From the NCBI GenBank assembly GCA_049472335.1, contig JBLIRO010000001.1:87015-151014 (forward strand): a stretch of DNA of 64,000 bases. Direction: 5' to 3'. This document shows positions 8,106 to 17,108 of this stretch, piece by piece. The translations under genes and the position numbers were made by a program. Origin of the DNA: a bacterium (GTDB lineage: Bacteria > SZUA-182 > DTGQ01 > JAFGSM01). Within the stretch, counting starts at the first letter, position 1. Each line of letters begins with the position of its first letter. Below the pieces are notes generated by a model. That model was not told the DNA's origin. It was given only the letters and a program-made list of their open reading frames with translations, and did not search any database.

Positions 8106-11100
8106 ATGACAATTAAGGCAAAAGAAATCCGGTTGACTATCGATCAGCATAAAAACATGATCCGTCTTCAGGACAGAGGCATAACCCTGGCGGAATCCCC
8201 CTTAAACCATGAGATCCTTACTTGGAAAGACATGCCAACCCTCCAGGCACTGTTTCGTGGTCCGGGGCAGACTATAAAAAGGATTTCACCCGAAGACCTG
8301 TCCGCACTGGGCACAAGGCTCTATCAAGGATTCTTTCCCGGGGAAATCCATGAAGCATTTACTGAAATCCTCAGGAAGGCAAACCAGAGCCGGACCAGGA
8401 TAGACCTGCATCTTGAAACGGACTCATCGCACCTCATCTCCCTTCCCCTCGAGCTCATCCACCACCCTGAGGAAGGATACCTTCTCCTGAATGACTGTTT
8501 CTCATTCTCACGTCATCCCCTCCTCGGTATGGAACCTGGGGATGCATCAGGACCGCCCCTTAAGATCCTCATGTTTGTCTCAAGCCCTGCGGATGCACCC
8601 CCTATCCTTGACTTTGAAAAAGAGCAGGATAACATCATCTGGGCACTTGATCCTTATATCAGCAAAGGGGAAGCCATTGTCGACATGCCGGATGAGGGCA
8701 CAATCGACACCCTTAAGGAATACCTGGACCGGGGAGGTTACCAGGTCCTCCACTTCAGCGGTCACGGCCTATTTGATCACAAAGAGGGGGAAGGCTGTCT
8801 CCTCTTCGAGAATGACCGGGGACAAAAAGAGGAAATCCCTGCAAAACATCTCGCAAAGGTATTGAAAAACTATCCCAGCCTTCGCCTTGTTTTCCTCAGC
8901 GGTTGTCAGACAGCACGCATTGACTATGACATATTTGCCGGGGTCTCCCAGCAGCTTCTAAAAAACGGCATCCCCATGGCGATAGGGATGCAGCATTCAG
9001 TCTCGGACGAAGGTGCGACCGCATTTGCCTCCTCCTTTTATGGGGAGCTCCTCAAGGCCCACAGTGCAGGCTGGGCACTCGCATCCGCCCGCACAGCCCT
9101 CTGGGAGCGCAACAAAAGCTCCTTTGAGTGGGCAACCCCCGCACTCTATGGAGGCGGATGGATCGGTGAGGTCGTTGACCTTGCAAAAGAACCCCAGGCG
9201 CCCCTGGAGCCCAGGGGAAAACCCAGGGCCTTCTATGCAGGGGTAAGCTATCTGGAGCAGGGATTTGTCGGAAGGCGCCTGGACCTTCGCACACTCAGGG
9301 GAAAGATCCGCGAAGGACAGACAGGCATCGCCATCTGCGGGCTGGGCGGCATAGGAAAGAGCACCCTCGCCACCCGCCTTTTAGAAAGGCTTCACTGGGA
9401 AGAAGGAATGGATATCCTGGTGTTTCAAAAAGAGGTATCCCCGGAGCAGGTGGTCTCCTCCCTGGGTGATACCCTGGGAGGGGAATGCTCCCGGATCGGT
9501 AAATCCCCTGATCTTCCCTGGGGGAAAAAGCTCACCGTCCTTTACAACACATGGCCTCAGAAAAAAATAGCCCTCCTTTTTGACAACTTCGAGGACAACC
9601 AGCACCACAACGGAAGCATCAAAGATCCGGAAGTCCGGAAAATGCTCACCGCCCTTGCAGCCATTGACAGAAAGAAGCTCCTGCTCATTCTCACCACACG
9701 GTACGGACCCGATACTCTCTACCGTCACAACCTGGGGGATATGGGCTTTACAGGAAGCATCAAGAAGATGTACCGCTATCCCGTACTTCGGGAGTTGGAT
9801 CTTTCAACAAAGAAGGAAATATACAATCGTCTCGGGGGCCAGCCCAGGTCCCTGGAGCTTCTTGCGGGTCTTCTCCGGACCACGGAAAAGACATGGGACG
9901 CGGTAAAACACAGGGTATCACAGGCAGAAGAAGAGGCCCGCCAGGACCTCATGCTGGATATTCTCTGGGAGGAGCTCAGCCATAAAGAGCGGGAGTTGCT
10001 CAAAAGGATATGGGTCTACCGTCTGCCCGTAGACGAGGACGCCCTCACCCTCCAGGCACAGGAAAGGTCTGTTGACAATCACATAGCGAGTCTGGCAGAC
10101 CGCTCCCTCATCCATACACGCAAGGATGAAGAAGATGTCCTTCGGTATTTTATCCACCGTCTCACTGCAGGGTACGTAAAGGACAGGGTCACGGATGAAG
10201 AGACAAGGGATGCCCACAGGATCGCTGCGCACTACTATGAATACCGGATCAGGAACCAGGAAAAAGACATAGAGATTCTTCTTGAGGCCCGCTATCACCA
10301 CCTTGGTGCAGGGAACCTCGAAAGGGCGGCCGAGATCGCCTTTTCTGCTGAATCTCCACTGAGGATCTGGGGCCATATCGAGAGGGCGCGGCAACTGAAT
10401 CAGGAGACCCTGGAGCGGGCCCCTGATGAGAGGACACGCGCCATTGCCCTGCACAATCTGGGGATCATTGGGCAAGGCCAGGGCGAGTATGACAAGGCGC
10501 TCTCCATGTATATGGAAGCAAGAAAGATTTTTGAGCGCATCGGCGATGTGGCTGGGATTTCTAATAGCTACCACAATATTGGGAATATCTACTATTTACG
10601 AGGCGAATATGACATGGCTCTTTCCATGTTTGAGGAATCTAGAAAGATTTTTGAGCGCATCGGCGATGTGGCCGGTGTTTCTGCAAGCTTACACCAGATT
10701 GGGATGATCTACCAGAAGCGAGGCGAATATGACATGGCTCTTTCCATGTTTGAGGAGGCTAGAAAGATTGCTGAGCGCATCGGCGATGTGGCTGGGGTTT
10801 CTGCAAGCTTACACCAGATTGGGATGATCTACCAGAAGCGAGGCGACTATGACATGGCTCTTTCCATGTTTGAGGAATCTAGAAAGATTTTTGAGCGCAT
10901 CGGAGATGTGGCCGGTGTTTCTGAAAGCTACCTCCAGATTGGGAGGATTTACCAGGATCGAGGAGACTATGACATGGCTCTTTCCATGTTTGAGGAATCT
11001 AGAAAGATAAAAGAGCGCATCGGCGATGTGGCTGGGGTTTCTGCAAGCTTACACCAGATTGGGAGGATCTACCAGGATCGAGGCGACTATGACATGGCTC

Positions 11101-11615
11101 TTTCCATGTTTGAGGAAGCTAGAAAGATTGATGAGCGCATCGGCGATGTGGCTGGGGTTTCTGCAAGCTTACACCAGATTGGGATGATCTGCCAGCATCG
11201 AGGAGACTATGACATGGCTCTTTCCATGTTTGAGGAATCTAGAAAGATTGATGAGCGCATCGGAGATGTGGCTGGGGTTTCTGGAAGCTTACACCAGATT
11301 GGGATTATCTACCAGGATCGAGGCGACTATGACATGGCTCTTTCCATGTTTGAGGAATCTAGAAAGATTTTTGAGCGCATCGGAGATGTAGCCAGTCTTG
11401 CATCTTCATATGCACAATCGGGCCTTCTTCATGAAGCAAAGGGTCAAAACGAGGCAGCATGTGAGTCTGTCCTGAAGGCATTTATAATTTTTAAAAGGAT
11501 CGGGTCTCCATATGCCCAACAGGCGGGAGAGATTCTTAATCGACTCCGGCAAAAAATTGGGGAGATTAAGTTTGGGACGATCTGGAAAAAATTAACCGGA
11601 GAAGAGATAAGGTAA
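8106..11615 (+). CDS. CHAT protease - STAND/NB-ARC-like NTPase - TPR repeat protein, paralog 2
   Basis: It has the same motif set as paralog 1 (VLHFSGHG, LVFLSGCQTA, GLGGIGKSTLA, LLFDNFED) and nine 40-aa TPR units. Confidence 0.85.
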   Translation: MTIKAKEIRLTIDQHKNMIRLQDRGITLAESPLNHEILTWKDMPTLQALFRGPGQTIKRISPEDLSALGTRLYQGFFPGEIHEAFTEILRKANQSRTRIDLHLETDSSHLISLPLELIHHPEEGYLLLNDCFSFSRHPLLGMEPGDASGPPLKILMFVSSPADAPPILDFEKEQDNIIWALDPYISKGEAIVDMPDEGTIDTLKEYLDRGGYQVLHFSGHGLFDHKEGEGCLLFENDRGQKEEIPAKHLAKVLKNYPSLRLVFLSGCQTARIDYDIFAGVSQQLLKNGIPMAIGMQHSVSDEGATAFASSFYGELLKAHSAGWALASARTALWERNKSSFEWATPALYGGGWIGEVVDLAKEPQAPLEPRGKPRAFYAGVSYLEQGFVGRRLDLRTLRGKIREGQTGIAICGLGGIGKSTLATRLLERLHWEEGMDILVFQKEVSPEQVVSSLGDTLGGECSRIGKSPDLPWGKKLTVLYNTWPQKKIALLFDNFEDNQHHNGSIKDPEVRKMLTALAAIDRKKLLLILTTRYGPDTLYRHNLGDMGFTGSIKKMYRYPVLRELDLSTKKEIYNRLGGQPRSLELLAGLLRTTEKTWDAVKHRVSQAEEEARQDLMLDILWEELSHKERELLKRIWVYRLPVDEDALTLQAQERSVDNHIASLADRSLIHTRKDEEDVLRYFIHRLTAGYVKDRVTDEETRDAHRIAAHYYEYRIRNQEKDIEILLEARYHHLGAGNLERAAEIAFSAESPLRIWGHIERARQLNQETLERAPDERTRAIALHNLGIIGQGQGEYDKALSMYMEARKIFERIGDVAGISNSYHNIGNIYYLRGEYDMALSMFEESRKIFERIGDVAGVSASLHQIGMIYQKRGEYDMALSMFEEARKIAERIGDVAGVSASLHQIGMIYQKRGDYDMALSMFEESRKIFERIGDVAGVSESYLQIGRIYQDRGDYDMALSMFEESRKIKERIGDVAGVSASLHQIGRIYQDRGDYDMALSMFEEARKIDERIGDVAGVSASLHQIGMICQHRGDYDMALSMFEESRKIDERIGDVAGVSGSLHQIGIIYQDRGDYDMALSMFEESRKIFERIGDVASLASSYAQSGLLHEAKGQNEAACESVLKAFIIFKRIGSPYAQQAGEILNRLRQKIGEIKFGTIWKKLTGEEIR
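10440..11520 (+). repeat. Coding tandem repeat, 120-bp period, 9 units (eight near-identical)
   Basis: Blocks at 10501, 10621, 10741, 10861, 10981, 11101, 11221 and 11341 are in register and nearly identical. Confidence 0.9.
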
Positions 11616-11631
11616 GCTAATCTGAAAAAGG

Positions 11632-13161
11632 TTACTGCCCGGCATCCTTTTTTTCGAGGTACCTGAGACAAATACAAAGCACCTGTTCCATAGCACCTCG
11701 CACATTGTAATCAGTCCAGTCAACTCCACAATGGCTCCACGGCATTCGATAAGGCTTTATGATGTTGAGGTTGTCACGATCCGTATGGTAGTAATTCAAG
11801 TAATCATAATAACGAAGTCCACACAATGAAGAGGCCTTCAGGCCTCCACGGACAAAACCAGCGGCATCTGTCCCGCCGGCAATTCCCGGCATAGGTTCCA
11901 CAACGTGATTGATCTTGAGGTCACCGGCACATTCCTTCAACAAATTATAAACTTCAGGGCTTAAAGACGTACCGGTGGTCTTTTCTTTCGAGTAAATCTT
12001 CACAAGGCCCGTGTCACTGATGGATTCCATATTAACGACTGTTGTGTCGATATCATTGTATTCCCGGGCATGCCGACGCGCAAAGGCCTCGGAACCGCGC
12101 AGGCCTACCTCCTCGCATCCAACGATTGCAATGACAACTTCGGTATTTTGAGGAACCTTCTCAGGATTGTGCTCCTTCCAATCCTTAAGGACTTTCGCTA
12201 CAGCCATGGCCGGCGCTACTGCTGACAGGTTATCCACTGCACCGGGAATAGCCTTACTGCTTGCAAAAAAGAATAGTGCAATTAAAGCAGGCAAGTTTAA
12301 GCAAAAAACCAGTACGAGCGTGCGCTTCAATGCAAAGTTACCAGGGCTGGACATATACGGGATCAGAATAAAGGTAACACTTACAGCATAGCTAAGAACC
12401 AGAAGGAGAATCATTTTGGTCTTCTTCTCCATGTTTCGGAAAATCCCGAAGAAAAGATTTGAATTGCCTTTTAACAATAGAATTAAAAGGGGCAGGAGCC
12501 ACGATAAGAGTACAACACCGATGTCTATTACAATAACCGTTTTCAGAGAAACAGCCCCGAATATACCGAACAAGAGCTGAGCTATGTAAATAACCAGGTA
12601 TTCAACAAGGGCAAGGATACCGCTCACAAGGAACAGGACATGCCCGGCTCCGGTGTAGTGAATGAGATTAAATCGGTAGGCGCTGTCAAGATGACCGCTG
12701 AAAATTATGCGTTTCTTGACCCTACCCTGCGGCTTGATGATTCCCACGACATTTTGGGAGGTTCTTTTTTGGTATGGCAGGAACTTTGGCGTCCACTCCT
12801 CGTATTTGAAGAACTGTTTGTAGAATAAAAGAAAAGCAAAAAGAATCAATCCAATGCAGACCAGAGAAAACACAACCGGCTGTACCTGTATCAAGAAGAA
12901 GAACAGAGCACAACTGATAATGATCAATCCTACAACTAACCTGATCCAGCCAAGAAAGGCTTTGGGATAACAGGTAAACTCTTCAATTTGGACTTCGTCG
13001 CAATGCTTTCCAAGTTCATCTTCAACGAGCATGGCCGCTTTTCTTTCAGCTTCCGAGCAGGGAGCGCGCGAACCAACCCCGGTAAGGATTCGCTCGATAA
13101 TCCCATACATATAATCCGAATTCTCGTCGGAATCGATCTGATATTTAGTCTTTTCATCCAT
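11632..13161 (-). CDS. M28-family metallopeptidase with an inserted multi-TM region
   Basis: IFSGHLDSAYRFN, IVGCEEVGLRGSEAF, GGTDAAGF and YHTDRDN motifs are present, with several long hydrophobic stretches in the middle. Confidence 0.7.
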   Translation of the reverse strand: MDEKTKYQIDSDENSDYMYGIIERILTGVGSRAPCSEAERKAAMLVEDELGKHCDEVQIEEFTCYPKAFLGWIRLVVGLIIISCALFFFLIQVQPVVFSLVCIGLILFAFLLFYKQFFKYEEWTPKFLPYQKRTSQNVVGIIKPQGRVKKRIIFSGHLDSAYRFNLIHYTGAGHVLFLVSGILALVEYLVIYIAQLLFGIFGAVSLKTVIVIDIGVVLLSWLLPLLILLLKGNSNLFFGIFRNMEKKTKMILLLVLSYAVSVTFILIPYMSSPGNFALKRTLVLVFCLNLPALIALFFFASSKAIPGAVDNLSAVAPAMAVAKVLKDWKEHNPEKVPQNTEVVIAIVGCEEVGLRGSEAFARRHAREYNDIDTTVVNMESISDTGLVKIYSKEKTTGTSLSPEVYNLLKECAGDLKINHVVEPMPGIAGGTDAAGFVRGGLKASSLCGLRYYDYLNYYHTDRDNLNIIKPYRMPWSHCGVDWTDYNVRGAMEQVLCICLRYLEKKDAGQ

Positions 13162-13200
13162 AAAATCTCACCGGATCTCTTTTTTAGTTAACACCCCGAT

Positions 13201-14283
13201 TCAATCCGTATTTTCATCAGTACCTGAGGCTGTCTCATTCGCATCCAGGTCGCAGGAAAATTTAACCACTAACGGATAGTGATCGGATAGATCCATCAAA
13301 CCGCGTTCGCTTTCATACTTCCAGTCATGAATCACGTAAGCGTCCCTGGGAAGCAATTTCAGCCCTGTGCCTGATTTCTTCACATAGACGAAGTCTATGC
13401 GATCAAAATTGCCCTCTCCTCTATCGTTTGGATCCGCCTTTGGGGAAAAAATCCGATTCAGCCTGTTCTCTTGCAGGTCAATGGTTTCCTCCCCATTCAC
13501 ATGGTTCTTATGTACCTCCCGAAAAGCGTCTGTTGCCCCTGTGTGATTGAAGATATTGTTCATGGCATCGTAGTTGCTTTTATGTACATTAAAGTCACCC
13601 ATTACAATTGCAGGGCCGCCTTCAGCCTCGATCTCTTCTGCAATCTGCCGGATGTTTGGTTGTCCGGCACCTCCTGTGTCCGTACCGGCATGGCTGACGC
13701 CAACTCTAAACATACAGGAGGAAGCAGGGCAGTCCTCAACTGTGGCCATTATAATCCCCTTCTTGGACCAGGCATCATCACCGTGGAGGTCCCTGAACTT
13801 TGTAAACTTCATATTCGCCAGTCGCCATTTGCTAAGGAGAACCAAACCACAAGTGCTTCTCAGATCAAACCAATTCTCATGCGGATAATAGTGAAACGGG
13901 TATATGCCCTTCAATTCCCTGGCAAACCATTTCTTCCTGGCATAGGCCCAGACTTCCTCCAATGCAACGATGTCCGCACCGCACTCTTTGATCCTGGAGA
14001 CAATGTGCCTTGAACGAATATTATCATCAAAGACCAGAGGATTCCTGCCGCGATCGAAAAGACGCAAAAAATTATCGACGAATTCGACTATCGAACCCTT
14101 AAACAGATGGGTGTTGTAAGTCAACACAGTAATATCGAGGTTTTCTTTCCTCAACTTTACGGCTGCCTCTTTAACAAAATGTTCACTATAGAGACTGATA
14201 TTATTGAAGTAAAAGAACGTTGTATTTCTTGTAAGGCAGTATAAACCAGAGCGGGAGATTAAGTCAATAGGGATATTTGACAA
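13201..14283 (-). CDS. Endonuclease/exonuclease/phosphatase (EEP) family protein
   Basis: VLTYNTHLF, ADIVALEEVW, VMGDFNV and LSDHYPLVVKF motifs are present. The apparent start is TTG. Confidence 0.7.
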   Translation of the reverse strand: MSNIPIDLISRSGLYCLTRNTTFFYFNNISLYSEHFVKEAAVKLRKENLDITVLTYNTHLFKGSIVEFVDNFLRLFDRGRNPLVFDDNIRSRHIVSRIKECGADIVALEEVWAYARKKWFARELKGIYPFHYYPHENWFDLRSTCGLVLLSKWRLANMKFTKFRDLHGDDAWSKKGIIMATVEDCPASSCMFRVGVSHAGTDTGGAGQPNIRQIAEEIEAEGGPAIVMGDFNVHKSNYDAMNNIFNHTGATDAFREVHKNHVNGEETIDLQENRLNRIFSPKADPNDRGEGNFDRIDFVYVKKSGTGLKLLPRDAYVIHDWKYESERGLMDLSDHYPLVVKFSCDLDANETASGTDENTD

Positions 14284-14419
14284 AAAAATCCTGTCCTTCG
14301 CAAAAAAGAGCTAACCAAATAAGATTGGTTAGCTCTTGACGTAAGGTGCTATTTAAAAATGGTTAAATGAAATCAGTGTTAATCCCACCCCCCCCAAATA
14401 CTCCTGACATTCCACTTAA

Positions 14420-14929
14420 TCAGAGGCCATAACCATAACTATAATTATAACCACCATAATATCCATAGGGATTAGACCAAGTGTTTATTGTTGAGCCCAA
14501 AGATCCAAGGCCGTAAAGGCCGTATGGATAAGGATACGGATATGTTCTGGTCTGCCTGTAGCCCACAATCCCATATACAGGCTCATCTTCTATACCATAA
14601 ACGTCCATATAGGTAAGGCTATGGCCTGGCATTAAATCTTGAAGTAATTTCAATGTAGACTTCCCTGGTGGTTCCCTCCAACCCCATATCGGCGTTCTGC
14701 TATATCCAAATGGATAGCCTTGATACATTGAAGAATAAGAATATGGTTGAATTGGATAATAATTTTGTTCAGAAAACAATGTATACCCAGTATTCCATTG
14801 TCCCAAACCAGTCATATTTGGCAGTGTCACTGTCCCATAAGTTTGACAATAACAGACACCTGCATAAATTGAAAAACAAACAGCCAGAAATATTACTAAT
14901 ATACATAATTTCCAATTTCTTGATTTCAT
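14420..14929 (-). CDS. Secreted Tyr/Gly/Pro-rich low-complexity protein
   Basis: Signal-like N-terminus MKSRNWKLCILVIFLAVCFSIYA with AAGGAG upstream. The C-terminus reads YPYPYPYGLYGLGSLG…NPYGYYGGYNYSYGYGL. Confidence 0.65.
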   Translation of the reverse strand: MKSRNWKLCILVIFLAVCFSIYAGVCYCQTYGTVTLPNMTGLGQWNTGYTLFSEQNYYPIQPYSYSSMYQGYPFGYSRTPIWGWREPPGKSTLKLLQDLMPGHSLTYMDVYGIEDEPVYGIVGYRQTRTYPYPYPYGLYGLGSLGSTINTWSNPYGYYGGYNYSYGYGL

Positions 14930-15244
14930 ATCTTTTCTCCTTATATTAATTAAGGATTTTTAAAAGACCTGACAAGACACTTCTTGTTTTATTGGCAGTC
15001 ACCTCCTTTATCTTTTGGTTTTTTTGAGGAGAAATTACCCGGTTTCTGCAGAATAAGTGCGTCAGGATTTTGCTTAGGCCTAAAGCAAATCTCTCTGGAA
15101 GATGAAAAAGAACTTCAAATGGATTTAGAATTTGTCTTATATTTTAATAGACGCAAAGAGGATTCATTTTCCCCTTGATTTTTTAAGCTATTATAGCAAT
15201 AGAATGATTATCAGATTAGATTTAAATCAATGGATTGAGGGACC

Positions 15245-16342
15245 TCAGTTTGGGCCGTGAATGTCTTTGTCCCTTTTCTTGGGGAATTCCATGGTCAGGG
15301 ATGAATGCATCACCTCTGTGTTCCCCAATGCATGTTTTTTAAATGTCATTGTAGGATTAAACATCAAAATATTTGCTTTTCTGCCATTCTTTTCATTTGA
15401 AATAAACAGATCACCTTCAGGACTAAAACAAATCCCTTCGGGTTGTTTGAATATCTTTTTGTTTAAACCCTTAGCTGTAAGAATATCTCCTTTTTGATTC
15501 AGGACAATGAGCATTCTGTCGGCCGAAGAAATGATGTATATATTTTTAGTCTTCGGATGAATGGCAATGCCAGAAGGCCGGAAATTGATATCGCCTTTAC
15601 TTAAATCGAATATCTTGATATTTCCCATGAAAGATTTTTGCAATAAAGGGCACCTCCCGAAATCTCTTAAATCGTCAATGTCAATGACGCAAGCAGGCTT
15701 TTCAAAAATCTCATTCGTATATAAATCGAACCTATAAACGGCCCTTTTCCCTTTCAGCTCATTGCATTTCTTTTTGAGATGAGGAGAATCCTTACAGGCA
15801 ATGAGCAATGTATTGGATTCTTCATCAAATGCCAATCCTTCAGCATCATTTTCTTTAGAAAGTAATGTATTATATTTTTTTACCTTTGGGAGATGTGAAT
15901 CAAAGTTCTTTACCTTGAATATGTTTCCATTGCTCTGTAAAACGTAAGCATTTTTATTAACGATCACAATATCTTCGTAATCTCTTCCCTCACCGAATTT
16001 TAATTTTTCTGTGACCTTTCCTTTCTCAAGATCAACCACATACATCATTCCTTTTTCATCCTGGATACATACCAGTTTGTTTTGTTCGAGATAGGACAAA
16101 CCGGATATTTCGTCCAAACAGTGAGGCAGTTTCAATTTCTTTGATGGATAGGATAATTGGTAAGGGAAGATGTAATTATCGAATCCTTTATAACCTCGTT
16201 CCCCAGTTTGATAATCTTTATTCTGGAAAACGCTCATATTCTTTAGAGTGAAAGGTATAAGAAGCAGCCCTATAAAGAATATCACAAGAAAAACATCTTT
16301 TCTTTTCAATATGTTACTCTTCAATATATTCATCATATTCAT
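15245..16342 (-). CDS. SdiA-regulated/YjiK-like beta-propeller protein
   Basis: N-terminal TM/signal segment. Repeated blades carry LDEISGLSY, DAEGLAFDE, PSGIAIHPKTKNIYIIS and PEGICFSPEGDLFISNE. Confidence 0.6.
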   Translation of the reverse strand: MNMMNILKSNILKRKDVFLVIFFIGLLLIPFTLKNMSVFQNKDYQTGERGYKGFDNYIFPYQLSYPSKKLKLPHCLDEISGLSYLEQNKLVCIQDEKGMMYVVDLEKGKVTEKLKFGEGRDYEDIVIVNKNAYVLQSNGNIFKVKNFDSHLPKVKKYNTLLSKENDAEGLAFDEESNTLLIACKDSPHLKKKCNELKGKRAVYRFDLYTNEIFEKPACVIDIDDLRDFGRCPLLQKSFMGNIKIFDLSKGDINFRPSGIAIHPKTKNIYIISSADRMLIVLNQKGDILTAKGLNKKIFKQPEGICFSPEGDLFISNEKNGRKANILMFNPTMTFKKHALGNTEVMHSSLTMEFPKKRDKDIHGPN

Positions 16343-17108
16343 CTTATTTAAACCTCAAGGACCTATTGATATTTAAAGATATATAGTCATCTTTCCAGGG
16401 TACTACTATGGCCCTTTTACTTGAATAGTAAAAAACTACCAGAGCAGATTACATAAAATTTACTAAAAGATTCAAATAAATGTATCAGAAATAATAATCT
16501 GTTATAAATTTATTTAAAATATAAAAAAAATAAAAGGATAAAGTTGCAAAATATATAAAACAGAAGAAATATATCTTGTTAATATATAATTAATAATTGT
16601 AAAACGGATATTTAAAATATTATCTATTTTTAATAAACAAACTATTTTTGTAAAAGCAAAAATTATACCAATTATTAATAATTGTATAAAAGTTATTTAA
16701 ACTCATCTATTAATAATAATAAAAGAATTTAAAGGGCAAATTTAAAACATCTAACAAGTCGCATAATTGCAAATAAAATAAAAAAATAAGCCGCAAAAAA
16801 GCGACTTTAAAAACCAAGAACAATTTTTATAAATAGAAAAGTCCGCGGGGAAGAGGATTTTTTATTTTTTGAGGTTACATAGTATTAGACCAAGTGATTA
16901 TATCTTTCGGTAGAGAGTAGCCTTATGAATACCTAAATGATTGGTTGTACTATCTCCATTAGACAAAGGCAGTTTTTGAAATTTTATAGAAAAGATTTGG
17001 AGTATCCTGCTCAGTGCAAAACCATTAGATCTTAGTAAGAATATAAAAAAATATTCGTCCTGTGCTTTAGAAATAATTTATCCGGCTCTCAGAGAGGGGG
17101 AATTAAAA
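16343..17108. promoter_or_regulatory. Very AT-rich 766-bp intergenic region between divergent genes, with internal direct repeats
   Basis: No ORF of 60 aa or more. An imperfect direct repeat of about 46 bp (ATTAATAATTGTA…ATCTATT…TAATAA) occurs at about 16589-16636 and 16674-16719. Confidence 0.5.

Noticed and set aside
5642-11520. Diversity-generating retroelement acting on the TPR arrays
   Set aside because: No reverse transcriptase or template repeat is present in the window. Variation is spread over many units rather than a single VR/TR pair.
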